DNA of 63,977 bases, counting the filler, from Octopus bimaculoides (lineage: Eukaryota): assembly GCF_001194135.2 (NCBI RefSeq). It is 5 parts of 5 records of this genome, joined end to end, with 100 filler letters (N's around TTAATTAATTAA, not from the genome) between each part and the next. Parts side by side here need not be neighbours in the genome. Positions count along the whole stretch, not along the records: positions 14,937 to 40,649 come from NC_068989.1; positions 40,750 to 45,941 come from NC_069004.1; positions 46,042 to 62,666 come from NC_068988.1; 2 more parts are not named here. One strand, written 5' to 3'. Positions 35,600-48,735 of the stretch are shown here, one piece after another. Each line of letters starts with the position of its first letter. Position 1 is the first letter of the stretch. The notes beneath the pieces are model-generated. The model searched no databases, was not told the origin of the DNA, and was given only the letters and a program-made list of their open reading frames with translations. A program made the position numbers and the translations under genes.

Positions 35600-37519
35600 T
35601 TATTGGATATTTCTTTCAGATGCTGATGGTGATGTACGGTATAAAGTAGACATTTTCGAGAAATTCCCAAACTGCAGGCATTTTCTAGCTATTACTCTTG
35701 TGGAAAGAAAAGAAAAACAAACAAACAATCCCAAAAATGAATTACCGATACAGAAAAGGAGAGAAAATTCACTGATTTTTGTGAATGTATATAGGAATCC
35801 CAAAATCCATGTTAAACCCATAACAAGACTGAGCTTGAAGAAAATTTTGAAGTTAATATTATGGTAACTTAATAAATATTTTGAAGAACGCTTCATTTCT
35901 AAACGGAGGCCTCTTGAAATAAAAATAAAAGCTAAAACATTAAGTGTTAACAGTATAATAACTGGAATTCCAAACACCCATAAAAGACATTTTCCATTTG
36001 TAATCCAACATATACCCTTGCCATATGCTGGGGAAACTGCTTTGTTTTCTGGTATATACTCAAGTAGGAGTGACATCGTTACAATTATAAGTGGACTGAG
36101 CCATGCATATATAGAATACAGTAAAAGTTTTTTATTACCCTGATTAGAAATATGAAATTGCATCAATCCTGAGAAAGTGCGGCAGGCATCAAACGATACG
36201 ACATTCATCCAGAAGAACGATGCCAAGAAAGAATAATGCATCAAAACAGCTGTCAAAATACATTGAATAGTATACGGAGGCACATATCTAGAAATAAGAA
36301 ACAAAACCTCTGCCAAAAACAGCGATGACAGAAGATTGATTACGAATTTGCCTGGTAAAGTACGTAGTTCAGGTATACAGAGATAAGTTACAATTGTTAT
36401 TAGTAGAGCAGGAACAGAAATAGTAAGACCTATAAATGTAATATAACTCTCAGATGTAGCATATTTTGATATTGCACCGAAGTCCTTATCTATGCAGATA
36501 CTTATGCCTTGAGTATCCTGACTGAATTCTGATCTGTTCAGTAGTCGTTGAGTTTTATTCAAATAAAGCAGACCGTCATCAGTGAGGTAATATTCATCAT
36601 CATTTAGTCTCACTGCAATACAATTGATGAGTGAATGGAAGAAAACTGAACGACACTGGTTTTGATAAACATCAAATAATAAATCACTGTTACAGAGAAT
36701 TGCTTCATGCCTTCCTGCGCTTCTATTCGTGTCGCCACTCTCTTGAATAGCATTTATGTACTGCAATATATTACTGCTGTGGTCGAATATTATAGTCAAT
36801 GGATAGGTTCTTCCAAACTCTTTGCGATCTGCACCAAAATATGTAGAGTTTAAGTCATTACATAAAGCACAGTTTTGGTACTTATTTGAAGAAGCCGGTG
36901 ACTTGGAATTTGTTTCACATAACTCCGATCTATTTTCATGTTGCTCTTTTATAGAACAATTCGAAATATCGTATAAGCATTCATATAGATTATTAATAAA
37001 TGTAATATCTGGGACATCAAATGAATAAAAGTTACATGTGCCATTTGAAAGGTGCCTTGAAAGTTGCTGATATGTAATATTACTCATATTGCATTCATAA
37101 ATCGATTTTCCCAAAATGTATTCTTGATCGTTGCACAAAGCACAGAATACATTCTTGTACAATTTTTTGTCTACTTTCCCGAAAGCTGGTACTTTCAAGA
37201 TATAATCTCCATCAACAGAATTCTCACATTTTCTCACATATTCTTTAATAGGGTAACTAGGAAGGCATTTGTCAAGGGCAATGTAATATCCAATTTTCAG
37301 TTTCGTACAACTTTGTGCAGAAATATTTTGATTATGAGAAACATTACGATTAGGCAGGTCTACACAGCAATTCTTAAATAAGTGACATTCAGGTTGACAA
37401 GAACATTTGTGATATAGCTCCCATTCCGAGCAAGAAACTGATGTTGCATCATAATACTTACTTTGCAAACATAAATTAGCATTTATAAAAAAGTAGAAGA
37501 TAAATGAAACCCACTTCAT
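35600..37519 (-). CDS. Class B (Methuselah-like / SMB-motif) GPCR with uninterrupted CDS, copy 3, 639 aa, diverged paralog
   Basis: ATG in AAACAATG context and a signal-peptide-like MKWVSFIFYFFINA. Motifs: CSCQPECHLFKNCCVD (SMB-like), LYKNVFCALCN, EYYLTDDGLLYL...EFS...ISIC, LRTLPGK, HYSFLASFFWMNVVSFD, YAWLSP, GICWI, KLSLVMGLTW and GNSFLG. Confidence 0.93.
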   Translation of the reverse strand: MKWVSFIFYFFINANLCLQSKYYDATSVSCSEWELYHKCSCQPECHLFKNCCVDLPNRNVSHNQNISAQSCTKLKIGYYIALDKCLPSYPIKEYVRKCENSVDGDYILKVPAFGKVDKKLYKNVFCALCNDQEYILGKSIYECNMSNITYQQLSRHLSNGTCNFYSFDVPDITFINNLYECLYDISNCSIKEQHENRSELCETNSKSPASSNKYQNCALCNDLNSTYFGADRKEFGRTYPLTIIFDHSSNILQYINAIQESGDTNRSAGRHEAILCNSDLLFDVYQNQCRSVFFHSLINCIAVRLNDDEYYLTDDGLLYLNKTQRLLNRSEFSQDTQGISICIDKDFGAISKYATSESYITFIGLTISVPALLITIVTYLCIPELRTLPGKFVINLLSSLFLAEVLFLISRYVPPYTIQCILTAVLMHYSFLASFFWMNVVSFDACRTFSGLMQFHISNQGNKKLLLYSIYAWLSPLIIVTMSLLLEYIPENKAVSPAYGKGICWITNGKCLLWVFGIPVIILLTLNVLAFIFISRGLRLEMKRSSKYLLSYHNINFKIFFKLSLVMGLTWILGFLYTFTKISEFSLLFCIGNSFLGLFVCFSFLSTRVIARKCLQFGNFSKMSTLYRTSPSASERNIQ

Positions 37520-38709
37520 TGTTTATTCTTAAGGATTATTAATTATGTTTTCTATTATAATAATTTTTTTCGCAACAAAAAGTGGTATTGTTCAATGATT
37601 CCAAATTCAATATGAATGGTTACTCATTATCAATCTTTAAGTTAACGAACTACGCTACTCTATACTTTCAAATGTGAGCCGATGAGGGGACCTTTACGTG
37701 GTCGCTCGATCTACAAGACGCAGCAGCAAAATCGCCCTCTCTCACATCACTTCTTAACCAATGTACAGGACATTGGATAATTTAGTTTTCTAGATATCTC
37801 TAAAAAGATGGGCTGGCCAAGGTTGGAATACCTTGGCAGAGTCGTTAAAGTGTCAGAGAGAATACCTTGCTGTATTTGTTTCGACTGTCTGCGGTGTATT
37901 CAAATCCTGCGGAGGCCTGCTTTGCTTTTCATTCCTTCATAGGCAATAAAGTAACAATCAAGGGATAACTCCTTCTCTCATTCTCACTCTCTCTCTCTAT
38001 CTATCTATCTATCTCTATTTTTCCCACTCCCTCTCTCTCTCTATGAAAAAGTTACGTTGAAGAACCCAAGAAAAAAAAGTCAATCTAGCAGCCCCATTAA
38101 TCCTTTTACCGCCGCCCAGTAAACATGATGAGATAAAAAAAAAAAAAAAGGATCTACTCAATCAAGGCTGACCCGATGGTAGACAACAGCAACAACATCA
38201 ACAACAGTAACTAATCAAAAGCTCGGATTTGCACTTATACAATCAAGAACATATAATTACAATATGATATTTATATTCGTGGTTTCCCACTTGAATAAGT
38301 TGAGTGTTTAATAGGATTTTTATCAAAAATAAATCGTGTCGATCACCTATGGTTGAATTATTAAAACTAAAGCTTTAGTTTACATTCCTCAAGCAAGAAT
38401 ATACTCTGTGGTTACTTCACAGTTAATGTATATCAAAATGAATGCTTATTGACTTCTTGGTAACAACTTTCACTCACAGTTCAAATTATTTTAGAACAAA
38501 ATACTCCTGCTGCTTTATGTCTTTTCTAATGGAGTTCTCAGTATATGTCGTATAAGTATCTCCAGGAACATATGGGCTTAAGTTGTGGCTGCCTGGAATA
38601 AAATGTTAAGAAATAATTGAATAACCAATATCATAAATAACATACATACTGTTGAAATATCATTTTATTAAACAAGCATCAATAACATCAGAAATAAGCA
38701 GAGTTAAGC

Positions 38710-38746
<37 letters not shown>

Positions 38747-38789
38747 TGATGATGATGATGATATCGGAATTGACATGAGAGTAGAGGAA

Positions 38790-38850
38790 GCCCAAAAAGC
38801 TGCTCTGCTGGGGACAGCTAAGATTTTGGGGGTGGGGGTAAGTAGTACGA
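38790..38850 (+). mobile_element. Extreme 3' fragment of an R4/Dong-like RLE retroelement after an (AAT)n(GAT)n tract
   Basis: Encodes RVEEAQKAALLGTAKILG, the QKxALLGTAxILR C-terminal motif. Confidence 0.55.
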
Positions 38851-39389
38851 TCTAATCTCGAATATAAAGCGTCTCACCATCGCCACCATCACTCTCGAAT
38901 ACACAACATAGTTTATCTTTAACAAATCGCTAATATATTTCTTAAAGGCTGGTACTCATTCTATCGTTCTCTATAGCTGAATCGCTAAGTTATGTGAGCA
39001 TAAACAAACCAACATCGGTTATCAAGTGAGGAGAGGGACAAACATAGACACAGACACACACGCCCACAAACACACACACGATAGACTTCCACACTGTTTC
39101 CGTCTACTAAATCCACTTACAGGCATAGATCGGCTATAGAAGAAGAAGACTATTGGTAAAGACGCCAAACAAAGACTGAACCTGGGACCAAATGGTCGCA
39201 AAGCGATTTTCTTAACCACACAGCCATGCCTGCGCCAATAGTTTTTTGTTTGTTTGTTTGTTTGTGTGTTTGTTTTTTCAAGGGGCGTTATACAGCTGTA
39301 AAGTTTAAAACGCATATAACAAACACTAAAAGCAGCCAGGCTGTCACGATTGCTGAGTAATCTCTGCTTAAAGCTTTTGAGCGAAGACT

Positions 39390-39773
39390 TGTTGTTGGCA
39401 CTCTGTCGCTTACGACGTCGAGGGTTTCAATTGATCCGATCAACGGAACAGCCTGCTCGTGAAATTAACGTGCAAGTGGCTGAGCACTCCACAGACACGT
39501 GTACCCTTAACGTAGTTCTCGGGGATATTCAGCGTGACACAGTGTGACAAGGCTGACCCTTGGAATTACAGGCACAACAGAGACAGGAAGAAAAAGTGAG
39601 AGAAAGTTGTGGTAGAAGAGTACAGCAAGGTTCGCCACCAACCCCTGCCGGAGCGTCGTGGAGCTTTAGGTGTTTTTGCTCAATAAACACTCACAACGCC
39701 CGGTCTGGGAATCGAAACCGCGATCTTATGACCGCGAGTCCGCTGCCCTAACCACTGGGCCAGTGCGACTGCA
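39390..39773 (-). mobile_element. Full-length tRNA-derived SINE (family 'Z') with (CAA)n tail and 45-bp flanking direct repeats
   Basis: The minus strand has an A-box TGGCCCAGTGG, a B-box-like GGTTTCGATTCC and tail CAACAACA. Flanks 39345-39389 and 39774-39818 are 44/45 identical. Confidence 0.88.
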
Positions 39774-40472
39774 CACGATTGCTGAGTAATCTCTACTTAA
39801 AGCTTTTGAGCGAAGACTATAGCATACGTAAAAATAATGTTATGTTATTTTTGATTTTTTTAAATGCGTTTATCATTTAAAACCATCGTAATCTGATTCC
39901 TCGTTTCTGATTCTTCAAATAATTCTCGCTATTCTTCTTAATTTAGCATTTCATCAGTGTCACTTCCTTTCATTTTATCATAGTTTTCATCTATGCTTGC
40001 AATGATGACTGTAGTAACATACCGATCATTCCACGGCACTTTATCTTCTGCTCTTTATCTTCTGCTCATCTTTATCTTCTTATATATGCTCACTTATATA
40101 TGCTCACTTTATATATGCTTATATATGCTCACTTATATATGCTCTTATATATGCTCACTTTATCTTCTGCTCTATCCAATTCGTTATCGATGCCAGTCTT
40201 TGAAAAGCTCATAGAAACCATATGTTCAGGCAAAACATTCCAAGCTACATTAACACCGATTCGGGGATTTGGAGGTGGGGTTGCTATTTGAGGTTATATT
40301 CTATAACTTTTTCATTTTATTCCGCACTTTATAAGCTGACACCACAATATCCTGTACTTTAAGTCCTAGTATTGGAAGCAATACAAATGAAGTAATTTTT
40401 TGTTTACTTCCATACATTTATTATAACGGTGCATATTGTTTTTGCTTGCGTGTGTGTTTGAATATGTGCATG

Positions 40473-40515
<43 letters not shown>

Positions 40516-40749
40516 TTAGTGTGTGTTTTATGTCTGATAGTTATTCTATCGATGTATTTTGCTGAACCACTAAGTCATAGTGATGTAAGCAAACCAACAC
40601 CGGTTGTCAAGCGGTGACGGGGACAAACACAGGCACAAAAACACACAATNNNNNNNNNNNNNNNNNNNNNNNNNNNNNNNNNNNNNNNNNNNNTTAATTA
40701 ATTAANNNNNNNNNNNNNNNNNNNNNNNNNNNNNNNNNNNNNNNNNNNN

Positions 40750-41574
40750 GCCAGTCCACTTATGCGTACCTTCCTTCATCGGACACTAAACTCCACTTGC
40801 GAAGACCTGTTGAGGCAAGTGAAATCGAAATCGAGTTAAATTCGACGACTGGCACCCATGCCAACGTTGTCTCCTTCATTGGATACGAAACTCAGCTTGC
40901 GAAGACTTATTGGGGAAAGCGAAATCGTGAAGGCACCTGTGCCCAGCGTTGCTTTTCTGGCACTTGTGCCCGCGGTATGTGTAAGGACTTTCGAGAGAGA
41001 TCGTTGCCAGTGCCCCTGGACTGGCTCTTGTGCGGGTGGCACATAAAATACACCATTTTGAGCGTGGCCGTTGCCAGTACCACCTGATTGGCATTCGCGC
41101 CGGTGGCACGTAAAAGCACCCACTACACTCTCTGAGTGGTCGGCGTTAGGAAGGGCATCCAGCTGTAGAAACTCTGCCAATTGGAAATATGCTGTGCGTC
41201 AGAAGGCCCGGCAAGCAAAGTGAGACCTAAATCTAAGGGCTCAGCCAGTCCACTTATGCGTACCTTCCTTCCTTCCTTCATTGGACACTAGACTCCACTT
41301 GCGAAGACCTGTTGAGGCAAGTGAAATCGAAATCGAGTTACATTGGACACTAAACTCCACTTGCGAAGACCTGTTGAGGCAAGTGAAATTGAAATCGAGT
41401 TAAATTGGACACTAAACTCCACTTGCGAAGACCTTGTTGAGGCAAGTGAAATCGAACTAAATTCTACGACTGGCACCCATGCCAACGTCGTCTCCCTCAT
41501 TGGACACGAAACTCAGCTTGCGAAGACTTATTGGGGCAAGCGAAATCGAAATCGTGATGGCACCTGTGCCCAGC
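40750..41574 (+). repeat. Interspersed repeat, two tandem copies, with internal 62-bp tandem units carrying a CACTTGC-N14-GCAAGTG hairpin
   Basis: Copies begin GCCAGTCCACTTATGCGTACC at 40750 and 41243. Units start at 41281, 41343 and 41405. The first copy ends in GGCGTTAGGAAGGGCATCCAGCTGTAGAAA, and a related end occurs at ~45500-45560(-). Confidence 0.75.
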
Positions 41575-43019
41575 NNNNNNNNNNNNNNNNNNNNNNNNNN
41601 NNNNNNNNNNNNNNNNNNNNNNNNNNNNNNNNNNNNNNNNNNNNNNNNNNNNNNNNNNNNNNNNNNNNNNNNNNNNNNNNNNNNNNNNNNNNNNNNNNNN
41701 NNNNNNNNNNNNNNNNNNNNNNNNNNNNNNNNNNNNNNNNNNNNNNNNNNNNNNNNNNNNNNNNNNNNNNNNNNNNNNNNNNNNNNNNNNNNNNNNNNNN
41801 NNNNNNNNNNNNNNNNNNNNNNNNNNNNNNNNNNNNNNNNNNNNNNNNNNNNNNNNNNNNNNNNNNNNNNNNNNNNNNNNNNNNNNNNNNNNNNNNNNNN
41901 NNNNNNNNNNNNNNNNNNNNNNNNNNNNNNNNNNNNNNNNNNNNNNNNNNNNNNNNNNNNNNNNNNNNNNNNNNNNNNNNNNNNNNNNNNNNNNNNNNNN
42001 NNNNNNNNNNNNNNNNNNNNNNNNNNNNNNNNNNNNNNNNNNNNNNNNNNNNNNNNNNNNNNNNNNNNNNNNNNNNNNNNNNNNNNNNNNNNNNNNNNNN
42101 NNNNNNNNNNNNNNNNNNNNNNNNNNNNNNNNNNNNNNNNNNNNNNNNNNNNNNNNNNNNNNNNNNNNNNNNNNNNNNNNNNNNNNNNNNNNNNNNNNNN
42201 NNNNNNNNNNNNNNNNNNNNNNNNNNNNNNNNNNNNNNNNNNNNNNNNNNNNNNNNNNNNNNNNNNNNNNNNNNNNNNNTATATATATATAAGCAATAAT
42301 AAATCTCTGAGGGAGATATAAACAGTAGCCACACGACACCGTGAAGTATATTTGCCACCTAGATGTAGCTAACCCTTAAGGGTTGATGCTACTGTAGCTT
42401 GTGGCCCCAGGAAGACATCTCCTCCAGCTGTCTATTGACACACTATCTGTGCCCTATCAGTATTTGCATTGAGAATCACTTCCCATCGCCAACCAGTGGT
42501 TGTCACACACTGATGACGAGTTATTACCCAGAAGCCTGGGTCCGTATGTATCACATCAGGCTAGAGATGGGAACGATGACTTCCCTTCGCAAATACTGAT
42601 AGGGCACAGATAGTGTGTCAATAGCCAGCTGGAGGAGATATCTTCCTGGGGCTACAAGCTACAGTAGCATTGTGTAGTTGTTTTATTATTTTAATATTTA
42701 TTACTTTGTATTTTATTATAGGTCCTTTTAGTGTATTTATTTATGAAACTTTTCTATATGTGACTGTGGATTTTCATGGATGAATCCAATAATTGTGGGT
42801 TTTTTCTCTAAATTATATATTTATACATATGCATATATATATATTTATATCACAGGCATGAGAACAGGGGGTGCCTGCACCCCCTTCCCTAAAATATCTT
42901 GTGAGCAATGAAAACGCTTTGGACATCCTCCTGAAAAACTGAGTTTGCACCCACTAGGCTAATTTTGTTCTCTCGCTTATGATACATACAAGCATACACA
43001 CACATGCACATGTGCGCAC

Positions 43020-43087
<68 letters not shown>

Positions 43088-43399
43088 ACACAACAGGCTT
43101 CTTTCGGTTTCCATCAAGGCTTTGGTCGACCTGTTACTGTAGTAGAAGACAGCTGCCCAAGGTGCCATGCTGTGGGACTTTAACAGGAACCATGCAACCT
43201 TGGGGTTGGAAAGTGAACTATTTACTACATGCCTACACCTGTGTAAATAAAAGTAATAACTTCCCTGCTTCACACAAAAGCAACACTAAATAGAATTAGC
43301 AACTGACCAGAAGGAAAATGACAAGATAATGAAGATGGAGAGCTACTAACAATGTGAAAAGAAAAGATAAAGTAACCTTTATATACATTTATACATTTG

Positions 43400-43945
43400 T
43401 TTCACAAGATTCTTGATGTGAAAACGTGTGTTGAAACAGATGTTGTTATATTTAAGGATAGTCATCTTTTTCCAATTGAACATGCACACTGTTTATTTGA
43501 TCTTCACTTCAGTTTTTATTTGTATTATTTTTAGTTTTTAGTTTATACATCTGTCAATGTTTTTTCATCACACATTCTGTAACTTCATCAGGGACAGAGA
43601 GTTACTGATGAGGCCACAGAATGTATGACGAAAGAATTTTGACAGACATATAAACTAAAAATAATATGAATAAAAACTAAAATGAAGATCAAATATATTA
43701 GTGCATGTGTTTGATTGACAGGAAAAGAAATGACCATCCCCAAGTATCACAACCTTCATATAGCAACGGAAGAACTCTTTGATAAACAAACAACCGATTG
43801 ATTGTTTAACCAACACATTAAACAAATGTTGGTTGGATATTTTACTGAATGGCTAACTATAAAGAAGTGACACTGAACCAGTGCATGTGCTTGTTATCAA
43901 AGGTGTAATGACCCTTCCAAGATACAAGATTTGTTCCAACACACA
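43400..43945. mobile_element. Imperfect fold-back of two divergent copies of a repeat, each carrying a hammerhead-like core
   Basis: The arms either side of ~43595 align as reverse complements over ~150 bp. Cores are CTGATGA-G-GCCAC-N7-ATGAC-GAAA (+) and CTGATGA-A-GTTAC-N7-GTGAT-GAAA (-). The same family also occurs at ~5200-5420. Confidence 0.6.
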
Positions 43946-45739
43946 AATTCGCATAAAAAATTTTGCAAAGCTCAGTATTTGCTTACAGTAACTGATATTG
44001 TGNNNNNNNNNNNNNNNNNNNNNNNNNNNNNNNNNNNNNNNNNNNNNNNNNNNNNNNNNNNNNNNNNNNNNNNNNNNNNNNNNNNNNNNNNNNNNNNNNN
44101 NNTTGTAACTGATATTGTGGCTTATTGTAACTGATATTGTGGTTTATTGTATAACAAATCTATGAACATTTGCACAGTTGCTAGCCCTTTGACCCAATAA
44201 TTCTCAATGAAATGTCTGGCCTTCTACAGAACATTAGAATCAATTTTATTTAGCAAATTGTGAATCAAATTTATTTGGTTGTCAAATAAATTCGTTTCTT
44301 TTTTGTGTTTTCTTTTCATTTATTTTAATCCTTATTTTTCATCAACAATTTTTTAATTTATTCAAATTTCAGAAAGGAAAACAAAAATTGTAGAAGATGA
44401 ATAGAGCTAAAACACACACACACACAAACACACACACACATGCATGCATACATACTCACAAAACGCTATGATAAAGATATTTTTCGAGTCATGTGGTTGT
44501 GCGGTTAAGAAGCTTGCTTACCAACCACATGGTTCCAGGTTCAGTCCAATTGCAAGACACCTTGGGCAAGTGTCTTCTACTATAGCTTTGGGTCAACCAA
44601 AGCCTTGTAAGTGGATTTAGTAGAGGGAAGCTGAAAGTCCATCATGTAAGTGTTTGTGCGTGTGTGTGTGTGTGTGTGTTGTCTTTGTGCCTGTGTTTGT
44701 CCCCCACCACCGTTTGACAACCAGGGTTAGTTTATTTAAGTCCCCATAACTTAACAGCTTGGCAAAAAGAGACTGATAGAATAAGCACCAGGCTTAACAA
44801 AAGACAAGTACTGGGGCTGATTCATTTGACTAAACATTCTTCAAGGCAGTGCCCCAGCATGGCAACTGTCTAATGACTGTAACAAGTAAAAGATAAAAGA
44901 AAGTTTTAAATAACATTGGAAAAGATTAGGATCAATTGCAATTTATCCTAATCTTTTCAATGTTATATTAATATTAACTTTCAGTTAATACGACGAGCTA
45001 ACAGAATTATTAGCATGCCAGGGAAAATGCTTAATGGTATTTCATCGGTCTTTATGTTCTGAGTTCAAATTCTGCCATGGTGGACTTTGCCTTTCATCCT
45101 TCTGGGGTCGATAAAATAAGTATCAGTTGAGCGCTGGGGTAGATGCAATCAGTTCAGCTCCTCCCCCGATCTTGCTGGCCTTGTACCAAAATTTGAAATC
45201 AATATTAATTTTTAACTGTTGGCTTGTCAGATCAATAAAGGTAAATTAATCTAAGGGAAGTAACTCTCAGATTTAAACTAGCTCACATTTCTAAAGTTAA
45301 GTTGGACAACATTCTGTCTCACATTCATCTGAAGGAATGAAAGTTAATAACATTGGATCAATGTGGACAGTTAAATAAAGGTGACGAGTGAGCAGAGCTG
45401 TGTCGAGCATGGTGCTACGCAAAATGCTCCCAGTACAGGAGTGTAAAGTGTAAGGTTGTAAAGACCCTTTATGTTGTCCAAGTCATGGAACAGCTCTTGT
45501 GCTGGTGCCACGAAAAAAGGCATCCACAGCATTCTGTCAAATGGTTGCTGTAACGAATTCCATCCAGCCATTCAAACAAAGCCAAATATACGAAAGTGAG
45601 ATGCCGAGTTCCAACCGTGGCAACCCATGCAAGCAATGTCAGCATGGAAAGTTGATGAGTTGATGCACATATATTAATACACACACATATACCCAGTTAT
45701 ATTTATACATATCTCTATATAGACATACCTATAAATACA

Positions 45740-45770
<31 letters not shown>

Positions 45771-46041
45771 ACATATTTACACACACAAGTAAGCGCATAA
45801 ATGCAAAACAAGGTGGAAAAAATTAGTACCCAAATACCAAAGGTAGAGTAATATGCATTTTTATTAAAGCCGCAAAAATATCACAAAAATCTGCTACTCA
45901 GAGTTTCACATTCCCGTTCATTGGGCAGTAATAATACAGAANNNNNNNNNNNNNNNNNNNNNNNNNNNNNNNNNNNNNNNNNNNNTTAATTAATTAANNN
46001 NNNNNNNNNNNNNNNNNNNNNNNNNNNNNNNNNNNNNNNNN

Positions 46042-46073
<32 letters not shown>

Positions 46074-46077
46074 TATA

Positions 46078-46139
<62 letters not shown>

Positions 46140-47014
46140 TGTATGTATGTGCATGTAATGAAATGTGGGTAGGCTTGAGTGAAAATTCCCGAGATAATTT
46201 GAATCAATATTAAGTCTATCCGACCATTTTCTGTATCCGTAATTTCATATACCAATTGACAGTCGCTGGACACATCTCCAACATGAATATAGTTCTATCT
46301 AACCCCCATCATTGTAACCGCTTCAATGTTTCAACTAATCATTAACTGACCATTACGTGGACATATGTACGACATAAATGTACTAACATTTGATCATTTG
46401 CCGCACTGATATTTCAATACTATTACTGGACATTAACTGACCATTATCTGGACATTCGCTGGACGCATTCCCAACATGAGAACTACCTGCATTAAGAACC
46501 CTGTTATAATGTATCGCTACCCACTCATGTAAAGGTAATAGTTTAGATGGAGAGAAATGGTACAAAATCTCTCTTTAAAAATAATTCTTAGCAATAACAG
46601 AATATTTTGGTACAGGAAATAGAAGCATTTTCTTAGCTGACCTAATGGAATTTAAAAGTGAGTTTTGTATATCACTTCTCTTCGAACGTTAACGAATTAA
46701 TCTTGATAAAATGTATTTATATGTAACATAGATGTGCAGAATTTATGTACAAAAGTTATTTATATCTCCACACATTAAGTATATATATATATATATAATT
46801 TTGTATTGTGTAGTTAAACGTATATACACTAATAATATATGTAAACACTAGAGTAGTACTTATGGACGAGCTTAGCATCTACATATAAGTTGCAAACGTA
46901 TACAAATTATTGCATCTCAACTTAAAAGTTATATGTCTTTATAGGTGTTATTTCTGTAAGGAAATATTGTACTCGTGTACTTCCTTTGTTGGGTGGTCGT
47001 TCTCCTCTTTTCTG

Positions 47015-47069
<55 letters not shown>

Positions 47070-47330
47070 ATATGCTCATATATGTGTATATATANNNNNN
47101 NNNNNNNNNNNNNNNNNNNNNNNNNNNNNNNNNNNNNNNNNNNNNNNNNNNNNNNNNNNNNNNNNNNNNNNNNNNTATATATATACATATATATATATAC
47201 ACATATATATCTGGATGGTCGATTGATAGGTAAAAGGATGTTACAGTTAAGACTCAGTCTTTCTGATAGGTAGTAATATAGAAATAAATAACTTCCACAC
47301 ACGTTCATATATATATTCGTATATGTTGAT

Positions 47331-47374
<44 letters not shown>

Positions 47375-47885
47375 CAATAGAATGTGGCGGAGACAGATAC
47401 GGAAGTGAGATTAAATAGGTTATTACTGCTTTATAAACACAACATATGGAACAACTGATCTCAAATCAGGTTTCTAGTCTTTTAAGCCCCATACATCCGA
47501 AAACACACACATTCACACTCACTCACACTCCTCACTCCTGCTGGCACATGTATACATTACATAAAATACAGCGAAACAGTTTTTAGATTTTCCACACGTT
47601 CTGTCACATTTAACTCCACTAATCTGTTTAGTTTTATTTCAAAGGAACGTTATTTCGTTATGTCTAACTGCTTTAATTTTATGTTTGTTCAGTTCATTGA
47701 TGTTTCCGACAGGTGTTTATCTGTGACTTTTCTGTTTAAAGGTATTGGTCTCTATGTCTGTCCTTCTATCTATCTATTTTAACTATTTATATCTCTCCCT
47801 TCTATAATCTCTCTTTTATGGATTGTGACTAAATTATTGTGTGCATATATGCATGCGCACACATATGTATGTGTCTTTAAATGTG

Positions 47886-47956
<71 letters not shown>

Positions 47957-48169
47957 TTATATATTCTTACACATATACTCATATAGGTGTATGCATATTC
48001 ATGTATGCATACACACACACACATATATGAATATGTATAAATTGGTGTATGGGTATACATACATACATGTTTATATATAATAACGTATTCATATCTAAAT
48101 ATATTTATCTATCTATAAATGTATCTGTCAATATATAATACATACATACAGATCCTTAACATCAAATAG

Positions 48170-48590
48170 TAGGAGCGATGCACCAACAAGGAAGTCTTCA
48201 ATAACTCAGAAATGCCAAGTGTCGAAGCCACCGTCATCAATCATCGTTCTAACGTGGTCAGGACTCCTACGGACTATCCTCTACGGCGAGCTCGATAATG
48301 TTAAACAACATCAAGAAGCTCTAAAACGTAGATTCAAACACTAACTGAAGTGTTCCCTCCTTGAAGCCAGCCTCAGCTCTAACACCAAGGAAACAGAAGC
48401 CGCCGACCATCCATCCTTGCGAAGAGCGATTCAGTTCGGTTGTTCCACTTTTGAGGAGAGGAGAAAGACTGAAGAAGAAGCAAAAAGAAGGCCCGGCAAC
48501 TCCCGCCCTGCCATGCGATAAACGCCTGAGTCTGTTCCATTCCCAGCCTGGCTTTCAGAGCCATGTCAGGTTTAAGCATCATAGCGGCAC
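48170..48590 (+). mobile_element. RTE-clade LINE 3' fragment
   Basis: RRTNKEVF...MPSVEATV...RWSG..RTILYGEL...KRRFK, then a degenerate C-terminal C/H finger (..FHSQPGFQSHVRFKH). Confidence 0.7.
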
Positions 48591-48670
48591 CAGATGAACA
48601 ACCAAGCTCGGACATGTGCAGGTGCCGACGACGACGACGATGACGGTGTATGTGTGCGTATGTATGCATA

Positions 48671-48735
<65 letters not shown>

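Noticed and set aside
41281-41466. CRISPR-like look of 62-bp hairpin repeats
   Set aside because: The units are contiguous with no unique spacers, there are no cas genes, and the context is eukaryotic.
43966-44145. 22-bp tandem repeat GTAACTGATATTGTGG around a gap
   Set aside because: Ordinary minisatellite, mostly unresolved.
45890-45935. Another hammerhead-like motif on the minus strand
   Set aside because: The core reads CCAATGA with a poor stem II, too degenerate to support.
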